From positions 4,588,001 through 4,652,000 of the forward strand of contig OZ024755.1 of assembly GCA_964016885.1 (NCBI GenBank): a stretch of 64,000 nucleotides of DNA, read 5' to 3'. Positions 11,727 to 24,599 of this stretch are shown here, in pieces (positions within the stretch are counted from its first letter, which is position 1; each line of letters starts with the position of its first letter). Origin of the DNA: Eledone cirrhosa. Taxonomy: Eukaryota. A program made the translations under genes and the position numbers. Under the pieces are notes generated by a model that saw only the letters and a list, made by a program, of their open reading frames with translations, was not told the origin of the DNA and did no database searches.

Positions 11727-14700
11727 CTGGAAATACAAAAGAGAGAAAAAATAAATTGTATTACACAAATATTTCTTATTTTGCATCATATCAAACCATA
11801 CATAAGCGAGATACAGATCCCTGGCCTGTCCAGGGGATCGGCAGCCCTGCTTTAGTACTACGTAGATCTGTCCAATCCTCTCTAGCAAGGAAACCATCAT
11901 CATCATCACTGTTTAACGTCCGTTTTACCACACTACCATGGGTTAGATGAGTTGTCCTGTGTGAGACAAGTCAAATCAGATGACTGTGTCTTGCTCATAC
12001 AGAACCCTTTCTGGCTTGGTTTCTATGGCGGGATGCCCTTCCTAATACTAACCACATTTATAGAGTGGTTTGAGTAAAGCAGACATTAATGATCATTAGT
12101 ACAACACCCTTAACACTAGGTCAAGCCCCTCCACTACCCTATTACAACCCATTAACCCTTTAGCATTTACATTACTCTATATATACTATTGTATTTTTGT
12201 GGTATAGTCTTTATCTTACATAATTATCTCACATAATATTGAATCTATGAGATTTTGATATTATTTCTTTTAAGAATAATACACCTTAACATAATTATGA
12301 GAAGCAAGTTATGGCTGATTTGAATAGAAAGAGGTGAGAGAATTCTGGCCGGATACAGCTGGTTTAAATGCTAAAGGGTTAAATTCATTTAACTTGGCAT
12401 GACTCTGAAATAAACTTCCATTTTGTTAACGACACAATAAACCAAGTTGACTTACTTAAGAAACCATCGGTGTTTGCTTGTGAAGAATATATTGGCAAGT
12501 TCATTGTTTGTTGGTCCATCTGGTCTGAGACGCAGTTTCTCTGCCAGGAGATGTTGTACTTTCAATGGAGATTCACCCTGATATAATATTAGAATTGAAA
12601 ACACAGAAAGGATAAAGTTATAAAGCATATCATTTATAACTGGTACAGATGAAAAGAAAAAAATAAGGATTTCTTTTTTTATTCATGAAGTATTTGTGAG
12701 AGCTGTCTTGTCTATAGTGAGACAATGGAAGAGCTGTCCTGTCTATGATGAGAATGTGAGAGCTGTCCTGTCTATAGTGAGACAATGGGAGAGCTGTCCT
12801 GTCTATGATGAGACTGAGAGCTGTCCTGTCTATAGTGAGAATGGGAGAGCTGTCCTGTCTATAGTGAGAATGGGAGAGCTGTCCTGTCTATAGTGAGAAT
12901 GGGAGAGCTGTCCTGTCTATAGTGAGAATGGGAGAGCTGTCTTGTCTATGATGAGAATGTGAGCTGTCCTTTCTATGATGAGACAATGTGAGAGCTGTCC
13001 TGTCTATAGTGAGTGAGAATGGGAGAGCTGTTCTGTCTATAGTGAGACAATGGGAGAGCTGTTCTGTCTATAGTGAGACAATGGGAGAGCTGTTCTGTCT
13101 ATAGTGAGACAATGGGAGAGCTGTTCTGTCTATAGTGAGACAATGGGAGAGCTGTTCTGTCTATAGTGAGACAATGGGAGAGCTGTCCTGTTTATGGTGA
13201 GACAATGTGAGAGCTGTCTTGTCTATAGTGAGACAATGGGAGAGCTGTCTTGTCTATAGTGAGACAATGGGAGAGCTATCCTGTCTATGGTGAGACAATG
13301 TGAGAGCTGTCTTGTCTATAGTGAGACAATGGGAGAGCTATCCTGTCTATGATGAGACAGTATGAGAGCTGTCCACCATATAGTGAGACAATGTGAGAGC
13401 TGTCTTGTCTAGAGTGAGACAACGTGAGCTGTTCTGTCTATGGTGAGACAATGTGAGAGCTGTTCTGTCTATGGTGAGACAATGTGAGAGCTGTTCTGTC
13501 TATGGTGAGACAATATGAGAGCTGTCCTGTCTATGGTGAGACAATATGAGAGCTGTCCTGTCTATAGTGAGACAATGGGAGAGCTGTCCACTCTATGCTG
13601 AGACAATGGGAGAGCTGTCCATCCAATCCAGAGCAGCCAGGAAAACAAGTTATTACGCCACTAGAATGGCTAAGTTCCCCTGATCTTGTTCACAGAGTTA
13701 CTAGAATTTTATGTTTGGAAATTAGAATTGCAATATTTTTTACAAACCTCCTGAATCTCAGCAACCTTTCTAGGAAGTGGCTACAAAGAAAAGATGGTAA
13801 AAATAATCAATACTAAACATTACAGTATAGGAAATAGAAATAGATAGCAATTAACAATCATCATCATTGTCATCGTCATTTAACGTCTATAATCCACACT
13901 GGCATGGGTTAAACGAGTTGTCATGTTAGGAGACAAGTCGGGTCTAGAGACCACATCTTGTTCATATTTGGGTTTGGTTTCTACAGTTGGATGCTCTTCC
14001 TAACACCAACCTCATTACAGAGTTAAATTAACAAATGTGTAAAAAGGAAGGAATTAATAGAAACTTAATTTAACTGGTTTCTTATAACTAACTTAATTTA
14101 ACTGGTTTCTTATAATTAACTTAGTTTAACTGGTTTCTTATAATTAACTTAGTTTAACTGGTTTCTTATAATTAACTTAGTTTAATTGGTTTTTTATAAT
14201 TAACTTAGTTTAACTGGTTTTTATAATTAACTTAGTTTAACTGGTTTCTGTAATTAACTTAGTTTAACTGGTTTCTTATAATTAACTTAACTCAACTGGT
14301 TTCTTATAATTAAGGTAAACAATGATTACAAAATCAATGGAAAGTAAGCAGAGAATGTTTTCTCACCTTGCTAAGTTCATAAGGGAATGGTATTTCTGGA
14401 TGCCAACATACAAATGTCATGTCATCAGCAGTAGTTCCTACCAAAACATCCCTGTAATGAAAATAGTTTCTTTATTAGCCCCACAGCGTTCGCATTAAGG
14501 AAACAATAAGACAGTACAGTGTGTGTGTTTTTTTTTTTGTAAAAAAAAAAGGTTTATATAACAGATTTTTAAAAATAAACATTTAAAAATCAAACATAAA
14601 TTCCCAAAAAGTGGGGTACCCTCTGAGGGTCACTAGTGGAGAAAGCCCACAATACAATTAGGTTAGAAATGATCTTCAATTTACTGACCAACACAGATTC

Positions 14701-17700
14701 CTTTATTAGCATTTAGGTCTTTTTTAAACGACCACCACAAAGTTTTAGATTTGGTTTTGAAGTTATTATTTTGGCAACATTACAAGTGCTAAATCTTTAA
14801 CCCTTTAGCCTTTACATTACTCTATATTTACTATTATATTTCATGGTAAACACTTTATTTCACATAATATCGAAACTATGAGATTTTAATATTATTTATT
14901 TTGAAAATAATACCTTAACATCTGTATGAGTGGCTGGCTTTGGCCAGTTTGAACAGAAAGGGATGAGATAATTCTGGCCAGATATGGCTGGTTTAAATGC
15001 TAAAGGGTTAAAGAAGAAAACCATTTATATAACTACCAAATTATTGAAAAGTCAATTCTAGAGGTAAGAATTATTTTCCAAGAGATTTGTTTTGAAAGAT
15101 ATTTGGTCTTACTGAAGCACTGATCCAGTGTTTAGCATTCAAAAAGAAAAAAGCTGTAAAAAAATCCTAGAGTTTACCATGCTGGTGCTATGATATCAAT
15201 CATCTTTGATATCATGGCACCTAGTGAATATTTTCTGAGAAAAGAAAAAAAATAAAGCTTACTTTTTAGATTTAAAAAATTCATTTCCTGATGACTTATG
15301 TCTTGAAGATAAGAACAAACCAGGAACACCTGCAACAAATAAATACCATTGTATATTAATAAATATCTAAACAAGTTTGGAAACCATTTTATTATGAGAA
15401 ATGTATTAATTCTCCTCTTCATATTCGCCTACTTTTTCTTTCTTTGAGGCAAGTTGGTGCAGCGTTCAACATTACAGTATTCCAACGACCCAGAAAAGGG
15501 TTAAGGCGCCATGATGATGATGTTCTCTGACTAAGCCATCATCATTTTATGTTTGTTTTCCATGCTGGCATGGCTTGGACCATGGATTAACCCTTTAATA
15601 TTTAAACCGGCCAGATCTCTTACTTTTTTCTTTTCAAACCAGTCATAACCGGCCACTCATACTTATATTAAAGTATTGTTCTCAAAATACTTCAAAATTC
15701 GATATTATGTTAAAGGGTTAAGAGAATAAAAACAAACCAATTCAATATAGAATATATTGTCGCTGCTATTAAAGAAACTGACTCATCTCTGATAAGAAGG
15801 TAAGGTTGACTGAAGTAAGTAAATAGAATGTCTTAGATGAGGCTATTGAAAAAAAGATTGAAACAAACTGACTTTACAGACAATAAGTAGATTAACAGGC
15901 ACAAAGACACCACACATAGACACAGACAGATATACAGACTCACACACAGACAGAGATACATATAGACACAGAGACACATATAGACACACACACAAACAGA
16001 CACAGACTTACACATAGACAGATATGCACAGACACACATATAGCAGCACAGTCAGCAAAAAAATGACATGAAAACTATATTCAATAGCTGTGCTGTACTT
16101 ATGAGAGCATAAAATATTTACATGAGAATAAACTAACTCATGAGAACTGTAAATAATTACAACAATGCAGTCAACATTAAAGCTGACATATATATACCCC
16201 ATCATAATGAGACGTATGTTTATTTAGATGGTAACTGTAGTGAATGATATATCCTAAATATAAAGTGGAGGCTAAGAGTCAGTTCCAGACCTCATCTAAC
16301 ATGAGTGAAACAGGTCTTCTTCACCACAGTATGTCATCACTTGTTGTGATTCCTCTTCCTCTCTTTAATGAGATTCTGCTCCTGAAATCAACTTTCACAA
16401 CTTCTTCCCATGTCTTCCTCTCTCACAAGTCTTTTTTCCACTTCTTTATACAACTGCCGAGCTCAACTTTGTCTTTCATCCTTTTGAGCTCGATAAAATA
16501 AAGTACCAGTCTAGTACTGAGTCGATTCTTCCTCTAAATCTCTTTCTCACTTCTATTTTTTCTCATCTGGAAGAAATCTGCTGTATTCAGACCTGGAGAG
16601 GAATGGGTTGTGCTCTACCAGATTTTAAATAATTATTTCTACTTTTGGCCACGGCCAGCAATTACCCAGTGCATTACTGGTACTTTATTTTATCGACCCC
16701 ATAAAGATGAAAGGCAAAGTTAACCTCAGAGGGATTTGAACTCAGATCAAAAAGGGCCGTAACTATGCTGTAAAGCATGGTGTCCAACTCTCTACCGATA
16801 CTGCCAATCCACGTGCCCTAGAAACAGCATATTTCAATGAAGTTCATCTACAACTCCTTCAGGAGTTACGTAACCATACCATACACAATTACCACACTCC
16901 AATAAATGACATGCTTGGATTACCACTTCTTTACACAACTGTCATGCTCCAATAAGTGCCATGTTCTTACTAACATAGTCACATCTTCATTGTTTAACGT
17001 CCAATTTAATATTTCCATACTGGTACACTACATTTGATTTCTCTTAAACCCAGCTTTTCTCTCAGCTCATGTTTATTTTTGTTGCTGTCACTCGTACACA
17101 CGAACGTTACACATCTAGTGCAGTATGCTCAATTTATTTCTATCCAGACTTTATAAACCCTTCTCATTTAATTGTTTCTACTATTAGCACAAGGCCAGTA
17201 AATACTCAGTACATTACTGGTACTTTATTTTATCGACCCCGTAAGGATGAAAGGCAAAGTTAACTTCGGCGGGATTCTCATTTAATGCCTATGATTCACT
17301 ACTGTCTGTAACATACCACATATTCACCACCACCACAACCATCATCATCATCACGACCACCACCACCACCATCATTACCATCATCACCATCGCCACCAAA
17401 GCCATCATCATCACAACCACCACTACCATCACTACAACCATCATCATCACCACCACTACTACTACTACCATCACCACCACCATTACCATCATTACCACCA
17501 TCATCATCACCACCACAACCATCATCACCATCATCACCATCATCACCACCACCACAACCATCATCACCATCACCACCATCACCATCATCATTTTTAGAGT
17601 TATACATACATCATTCAGAATCTTGACTGGTTCACAATCTCCCCTTTTCAACACTCACCAGGTTCAGTTTTTGCCTTATAGGGCCCCGTAAATGAAAAAG

Positions 17701-18103
17701 TGTCTATTTTTTTAGGCAAGCCAAAACACTCACAGCATCGCCAGGTGAGACTAAGACGTTAGAACAGCCCAAAACACCCTCACAAACATCATTTAAAGCT
17801 TCATCAATTATTTAAGAATTAAGAGGACGAGGGATTAATCTCCTGTACCCAAACTAGGCCAACTGAAGTATGTAGAAATAAGTAATTTGCTGAAACAAAC
17901 AAGAGGCCTGTTTTAAAGATGCTTGAAGGTCACATCTACGAAAACAAAAACATTTCTCAACGAAAATAAGTTTTCGATAGAATTTTGGAAAATTATTCCA
18001 GAAGGAGTTAAATAGATAAGTTTTAAATAATATAAATTAAATACAAACCGCTTATTTTAGGAGATTGTAAAACAGAAATAGTACTTTTCACGATCGCATT
18101 CAT
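11672..18103 (-). CDS. MRPL42: Mitochondrial ribosomal protein mL42 (MRPL42), complete spliced gene, 138 aa
   Basis: complement join(18049-18103,15263-15329,14367-14451,13748-13780,12456-12577,11672-11726). GT-AG introns with consistent phases, 417 nt in total. Protein MNAIVKSTISVLQSPKISGVPGLFLSSRHKSS...TFVCWHPEIPFPYELSKPLPR...LANIFFTSKHRWFLKPGKRYKKPNEPKDRDKL* carries the mL42 motifs VCxHP..PYE..KP.PR, FFTxKHRW and PKDR. Not represented in frame by the ORF track. Confidence 0.92.
12156..12378. mobile_element. piggyBac-type MITE
   Basis: Perfect TIRs and TTAA on both sides. Confidence 0.82.
12456..12577 (-). CDS. MRPL42: MRPL42 coding exon 5
   Basis: tcag|GESPLKVQHLLAEKLRLRPDGPTNNELANIFFTSKHRWFL(K)|gtaagt, 122 nt. 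Confidence 0.94.
12696..13620. repeat. Minisatellite, 29-31-bp unit gagagctgtcctgtctatagtgagacaatg(g/t)
   Basis: About 30 direct units inside an MRPL42 intron. Confidence 0.95.
13748..13780 (-). CDS. MRPL42: MRPL42 coding exon 4 (33-nt exon)
   Basis: gtag|PLPRKVAEIQE|gtttgt. Confidence 0.88.
14063..14313. repeat. Minisatellite, 28-bp unit taacttagtttaactggtttcttataat
   Basis: About 9 units. Confidence 0.93.
14367..14451 (-). CDS. MRPL42: MRPL42 coding exon 3
   Basis: acag|DVLVGTTADDMTFVCWHPEIPFPYELSK|gtgaga, 85 nt. Confidence 0.93.
14801..15007. mobile_element. piggyBac-type MITE
   Basis: TIRs and TTAA on both sides. Confidence 0.8.
15263..15329 (-). CDS. MRPL42: MRPL42 coding exon 2
   Basis: gcag|(G)VPGLFLSSRHKSSGNEFFKSK(K)|gtaagc, 67 nt. 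Confidence 0.85.
15591..15717. mobile_element. piggyBac-type MITE, internally deleted
   Basis: ttaa|ccctttaata...tgttaaaggg|ttaa. Confidence 0.7.
17320..17592. repeat. (CAC/CAT/CTA)n trinucleotide tract
   Basis: Low-complexity tract; similar tracts at 28845-29135, 58848-59120 and 63085-63525. Confidence 0.9.
18049..18103 (-). CDS. MRPL42: MRPL42 coding exon 1 (targeting peptide)
   Basis: aaaATG AAT GCG...ATA AGC G|gtttgt. Its phase 1 end matches the next exon, and it is Ser/Lys-rich with no acidic residues. Confidence 0.72.
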
Positions 18104-19331
18104 TTTCTTTTCCCGTAAAACGGTGTCACAGAAAAGCGGTGTTAGAGAATAAAACGTTCCTTATGGTTTCTCTTTCCTGCGGGTAGCCAACTCAGCTCCA
18201 ATAGTACCATAAAACAGGTATATAATTCCCCTCGAACCAACTAACAGTTTAATTTATCATATATATATATGTTAAGCCTTCATTATTGAAGTAGTTTATT
18301 ATTGGCTTTCTTAAATTACAGTAGAAAAATGCAGGTTTAGTTGGCCTCATCCAAGGTATATCTCGTTGGAGGTGTCTTGGGTAATTTAATTATAGGGACC
18401 CCAGTCCTATCATCTCATTTCTACAGCTGAGTAAACTGGAACAACGTGAAATAAAGTGCCTTGTTCAAGGAAACAACACATCACCCGGTCCGAGAATTGA
18501 ACTCACAACCTTTCGATTGCAAGTCCAATGTTCTAACCACTAAGCCATACGCCTTCGCATGGCTTAGTGGTTAGAAAACCTGAAATGTCCCATCGATCTA
18601 AATCCAAACCTAAATATGAAAAACGTGAAAAACGCCTAACGTTTCAATCCATTATATATTTTCTGAGTTCAAATCCTGCCGAGGTTGACTTTGCCTTTCA
18701 TCCTTGCGGGGTCGATAAAATAAAGTACCAGTAATGCACTAGGTATTTTGCTGGCTTTGTGCTTAAAGTAGAAACAATTTTATATTTATCAAGCAAACAA
18801 TTATTTCGTTGTTTTGTTGGGTGTGGTGTAGGATCCGTTTTTAACCATGATGTAAGTAGTTGATGTAGCTATGATGGCGGCGGTAGTTGTAATTGGGGAA
18901 GGGGAAACAGTTAACTCGGTTGTTTTTTTATGTTAAACAAAACAATTCTTTTTTTGTTTGTTTGATTTTTTTTTCTTTTTTGTCAACTATGTTTTACAAA
19001 CAGAAGTTTTAAAAAGACGGAAATACCCAAAAAAAGATAAAAACAAAATTAAGCAAGGGAAAAAAGAGAAAGAAAACGAGAGAAGAGTAGATCTGGTTGT
19101 GTAGTAAAGTAAAGGAAAGGACTATAAATGTCATAAATGAGAAGAAAATGATGAAAAGAGCAAGGACTACTCAGCCGCGAGAGAAAAAGAGTGTACCCGT
19201 AGTGTAAAAAAAAAAAATGACATATCAGTTATTTATAGAGAATGTCGTGTCTGATGAAAACGACGAGTGAAACCGTTGAAATATTTCTTAACTAATGATT
19301 TCAAACTTTTTATTTAATAGTAAATAATAAC

Positions 19332-19515
19332 TGTTTCTACTTTTGGCACAAGCCAGCAATTACTCAGTGCATTACTGGTACTTTATTTTATCGACCCCGT
19401 AAAGATGAAAGGCAAAGTTAACCTCGGCGGGATTTGAACTCAGTCTGTAAAGAACATAACTATGCTGGAAAGCATGGCGTCCGATTCTCTACCGATACTG
19501 CCAATCCACCACCCT
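19332..19515 (-). mobile_element. tRNA-derived SINE family 1, full-length copy
   Basis: Reverse complement of the 56622-56810 unit. Confidence 0.85.
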
Positions 19516-19904
19516 ATTAATAGTAAATAATAATATTACACTTCCAAAAAGTCGAGCCCAATAATTCATAAGTAAGATAGTGTTGGTGGCCTGTCGAAAA
19601 TAATGCCCCAAAACGGCATATAAACACTATCGTTGCATTAAGATTAAGATAAGGATTACGGTTAGTATTAGGGTTAATATTTGTTAAGTCTCTAGCAGGT
19701 TTGAAAAGCCATATCCGAGCATCACACATCTGAATCTGACAAGCGATTGCAATACTCTTGGCAGAGTTTGCAGCCATCATTTAAGTTAAGTAAAATCAAG
19801 ACTTTAAGGAACATATTTCATGGCGTTTATATATATATATCACAGAGAGAAATGAGGTGCAACAGAAATGAAACATGGAGTACATGTTAAAATATAGTCT
19901 AGAT

Positions 19905-20276
19905 CAGTGTTTCCCAACGTGGGCGCTGTTGTGTTGAAAGGGACACTGGGAGTTTTTATTTCATTTGGGAGGGGGGGGATATACTCAGAAGGGCGGTAGG
20001 CATTTATCTATTGTTTCTTTCAAATTTTCAAAAATTTAAAAAACACTTTTTTACTTTGAACTTAAATTGACCCTTTGTGATTAAAGGATCAACCACACAC
20101 ACATACACACATTTGCTTTAGGTTTTGAACCCATTTGAACTGCGGCCATACACCAGATAACGTGTCAAGTCTTATGAATTCAGTATCTTATTTGAAATTT
20201 AATTTGATAGGAGGGCGTTGACAAAAAAGTTTGCGCCCAAAGGGGGCGCTGGCTGGGAAAAGGTTGGGAAACCCTG
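19905..20276. mobile_element. hAT (Charlie-type) MITE
   Basis: TIRs CAGTGTTTCCCAAC / GTTGGGAAACCCTG with an exact 8-bp target duplication GTCTAGAT (19897-19904, 20277-20284). Confidence 0.88.
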
Positions 20277-20983
20277 GTCTAGATAGATGAGAAACAAAAC
20301 GAGGATGTAGTTTATGGAACACCCAAATGATTTAGAAGTCGACCTTAAGTAGGAACAATAACATTAAGAAAGACATGAACGACACCACATCATTTTGTTT
20401 TGAAAATAGGTTTATAAGTATGAATTTTCATAAGATTTTCGTAATCGTCTCTGTACTAGAGGCGGTGGAGATCCTGGTCTAGGTTTCAATCCTGGTAAAG
20501 AGGTACTGTAGCCTTTTTCAGTTTTGATTTTACAACCAATAGAAAAAAACTGGAAAGGTTTACCGGGAACCCTACTGCCGACCAGGATCGAACTTCAGAC
20601 CAAGATCACCACCGTCTATGTTTCTTCCAACTAAGCCACCGAGACAACTACAAAAGTATAATGAAAATTGATAATTATAAACCTACTTTCAAAATCAAAG
20701 TTAAAAAGATGTGTCGTTCATGGCTTTCCTAGAGCTATTAGTAATATTTAGGGTCAACTTCTGGTCATTATTGAAAGTCTCTGGATTTCGTAAAATACAT
20801 AATATCTCTTATTGGAGAAGGTAAGATATTTTCCCGCAAAAATTTGATTGCACTGTTTTGTTTCCACTTATGTATTTTTCGAAAATATTATTTGTTCATT
20901 ATAAAAATTAAATGATAGAATTCTATATGTAGGTGGGCCACCTTCATCTCCTGGCAACCAATATTTTTAGACCCAGTCCACCA

Positions 20984-21042
<59 letters not shown>

Positions 21043-21125
21043 GAACAGATTAAAGTTTAATCAAAGAATCGCTGCTTTCACCCTTAACGGGATCTTCACA
21101 TTTATTATATATATATATATATATA

Positions 21126-21308
21126 CTAGTTGACGTACCCAGGAGAACAGATGATGAGAGACGACAGGTAAAAGAGAAAATGACTGTATTGGATGCGTTG
21201 TCTGGTTTACAGTATGAGGCGTGGTGTGTTTGTGTGACAAAAAAAAATTTCCAGATACACCAGATTCTTCGTTTTACCGTTCGTGCATAATATATGAAAA
21301 TTTATAGA
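21126..21308 (-). mobile_element. Short Helitron-like element
   Basis: Minus strand begins A|TCTATAAATT and ends CTAG|T; the subterminal hairpin is incomplete. Confidence 0.4.
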
Positions 21309-21330
21309 TGTTCCCACTTGTGAACAGCCT

Positions 21331-22142
21331 ACTGAATAGATTTGACCGGCTTTACCTTTCTGGGTACGATAAAGAACTCCCATACTGAATAGATTTGACC
21401 GACTTCATCTTCTGGGTACGATAAATAACTCCCATACTGAATAGATTTGACCGGCTTCACCTTTCTGGGTACGATAAAGAACTCCCATACTGAATAGATT
21501 TGACCGGCTTCACCTTTCTGGGTACGATAAAGAACTCCCATACTGAATAGATTTGACCGGCTTCATCTTTCTGGGTACGATAAAGAACTCCCATACTGAA
21601 TAGATTTGACCGGCTTCACCTTTCTGGGTACGATAAATAACTCCCATACTGAATAGATTTGACCGGCTTCACCTTTCTGGGTACGATAAAGAACTCCCAT
21701 ACTGAATAGATTTGACCGGCTTCACCTTTCTGGGTACGATAAAGAACTCCCATACTGAATAGATTTGACCGGCTTCACCTTTCTGGGTACGATAAAGAAC
21801 TCCCATACTGAATAGATTTGACCGGCTTCACCTTTCTGGGTACAATAAAGAACTCCCATACTGAATAGATTTGACCGGCTTCACCTTTCTGGGTACGATA
21901 AAGAACTCCCATACTGAATAGATTTGACCGGCTTCACCTTTCTGGGTACGATAAATAACTCCCATACTGAATAGCTTTGACCGGCTTCACCTTTCTGGGT
22001 ACGATAAAGAACTCCCATACTGAATAGATTTGACCGACTTCACCTTTCTGGGTACGATAAAGAACTCCCATACTGAATAGATTTGACCGACTTCACTTTT
22101 CTGGGTACGATAAAGAACTCCCATACTGAATAGATTTGACCG
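21331..22142. repeat. Minisatellite, 53-bp unit
   Basis: actgaatagatttgaccggcttcacctttctgggtacgataaagaactcccat, about 15 near-identical units with no spacers. Confidence 0.96.
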
Positions 22143-22514
22143 ATTTGTATGCACTACAAGAATTTTCGAGCTAGTGTCAATGTTTCGAAATCATCATTTT
22201 TATTGTTATTATTGTAACTATTGTTATTGTTAGGGTTGCCATTGTTTCCTTTGATATTTGCGTATTTATTTCATCATTGTCATTATTAAATAGAACTTTA
22301 CGTCACAAAGATTGTTTTCAGTGTTAGATATCAGCGGAATATTTTTTACAGACATCTGTTACTTGGTTTGGGTTGATGACTCCTATTGTGTGTGTGTGTG
22401 TGTGTTATATTAATCATAATACGGCTATGATTTTAAACTCTTCAAAGTTATCAGATATTTCGTTGAGTGTAGGTAAATATCTGTGTATGTTATTGTTTGT
22501 ATGTAGGATTACCC

Positions 22515-22850
22515 TCAAATACTCTGATCTGTCGGCCAGCTACATTTTTCAGCCTGTGGCTTTTGAGACGTTTGGGGGGAGTCGGGCCGCTGACTGCGAG
22601 GTTCTTCTCTTCACTGACGGCTCGCCTAATAGAGGTAACTGACGAATCTCGAGAGGGCACTTCGTTGTTCCAGCGCATTAGCCTCGCCATCACCCGAGGC
22701 AACGCTGCCAGTGTGCTGGCTTGCCTAAAAAATCATTAGAGTGTTTCCCAGTACTCCTCGCTCGCAACGTTGCTGTCTTTTGTTCTGGTGTTGGCTCGGT
22801 TGTTCACCCCTTCCTTTACAATTTCTTTAATATTATAACATTAAAAGAAT
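22515..22850 (+). mobile_element. CRE-clade non-LTR 3' fragment
   Basis: KYSDLSASYIFQPVAFETFGG / VGPLTARFFSSL...LFQRISLAITRGNAASVLACLKN; homologous to 873-1245. Confidence 0.75.
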
Positions 22851-23103
22851 ATATCATCCTGGATTGAAACTTATGGTAAGTTTAAATATTACCAACCGGC
22901 ATTTGTTTTGTGTTTAAAGTCCATTTAAAGTGAGTGTGTGTATATATTTAGTCACAATAATTACTAAATAAAAATGTCAGTCTCTAGGCTTTGGATATCT
23001 GTAGAAGTTTTAATACCTTAAACCTCCCAATATATATATATTACACACACACAAACACTCACATGCACACACGTATATGTATATATGATATTATATGTAC
23101 ATA

Positions 23104-23151
<48 letters not shown>

Positions 23152-24599
23152 AAAAGTAAACAGAAATAACAAAGTCAACGGCACAGTACAATGAAGAAAA
23201 AATATGTCAGTTTTACGCTTGATATAGTAGGAAAGAGTCATATATATATGTGAGAGAGAGAGAGCATATATAAAATTGAGAAGTTGGCGTTACTTGTCAC
23301 ACTAATGAAACACGCGTATTAAAGGTTATGCAATCGGTGTAGTAAGTAATTTAATTGTACATCACAACACGTCCCACAGACTAAGTGTGCTGACACACTC
23401 AGACTAGGCAGTGGGGGTCACTTTGGAAGCAATGAAGCCATGTTGCTCAACGACTTCGTGTCATTAACTAATGATATAGTGGCCATCAACGAGACCAGAA
23501 TTTTCGAGGCGGAACGAGTCTTCTCCACACCCAACAGCAGCAACTGCAGCGACACTAATTTTGCTGCTGAACTGACTGCAGTCTGTTCTTAATTTTAACA
23601 CGTAAACATAAACATTTACCAATTGTGAAAAAAGAGGGCTATTGAATGTCAAAGGTTAAGGCAACGAAAAGACAATTCACAATATGAAATATAAACTACT
23701 ACTACTACTACTACTACTATTGCTGCTGCTACTACTACTACTAATGCTGCTACTTCTACTACTACTACTACTATGATAATAATAATAATACCAATAACCT
23801 TTTCTTTATTGGCCTCAAAGGCTGATAAACTACAAACTGTCACACAAGCGGAGTTATAATACACGTAGGAATGCACCCTCACACAGAAACACACATACAT
23901 ACATGCATACATGTGTGTATGTGTAAACAGGGTGGAGCAAAATCGTAATACAAATATATTAAGGTTAAAAATTTGGTCCACACAAAAGAAATATGAATAA
24001 TTCTGCTCTAATTAACCAGAAATAAGAAGCCAGCATCCAACACAGATCAAGATAGGTCACAAGTCGATGACCTTCTGCTAAACTGTGTTTTTGTTTTAAT
24101 TAGCACTGCGTAATTTCCCTATGCTAAACCATGAAGGACTGGCGTCCTGTCCAGGTGAGGGTGGGAGAGTCTTGTATTCTCTGTCGCTTCACGCCACAAA
24201 AAAAAAACGGGATAAGTTAAAGTGTAGATAAGGTATGAAATAGACTGTTTCAACGGGTTGATAGCTTATTTAAAGTCGATCAAAGAACGATATAGTTCTT
24301 TGATTACGGGAAGGATATAGGGGGTTGTGACATTCAGACCTTTTCTGACGCATAGTAAATGAAGTAAAATTATTTCTCTCAACATTAAATATTGTAGCTT
24401 CTATACGGTTGCTCGAACCATTAAAAATGGAAGCCAAATCTCACCCTACCGTCTTAGAAAAGAAAAGCGTATTGGATAATGTGAAAAAGGAAACATTTAT
24501 AGTTGTAATGCTTTTTAATTGTTGTCTTCTCGCCAGAGCTAACTTGGAGCTAAAAAACCACAAAACAACAACAGTAAAAACAACAACCTAAACTACTAG

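Noticed and set aside
19251-19288. CTGATGA...GAAA hammerhead-like motif
   Set aside because: Only a short stem II and no pairing stem I; at most a decayed relic.
19517-19780. Minus ORF MMAANSAKSIAIACQ... as an MRPL42 first exon
   Set aside because: I saw no convincing phase 1 donor and the ORF runs into repeat-like sequence. 18049-18103 fits the phase and expected length better, though an alternative exon cannot be fully excluded.
20570-20645. Genuine tRNA gene (also the SINE heads)
   Set aside because: A and B boxes are present, but I could not build acceptor and anticodon stems. These are treated as tRNA-derived repeats.
21331-22142. CRISPR-like appearance of regular arrays (also 36841-37760, 37940-38640 and 48310-48793)
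   Set aside because: The units are contiguous with no unique spacers, there are no cas genes, and the context is eukaryotic. These are minisatellites.
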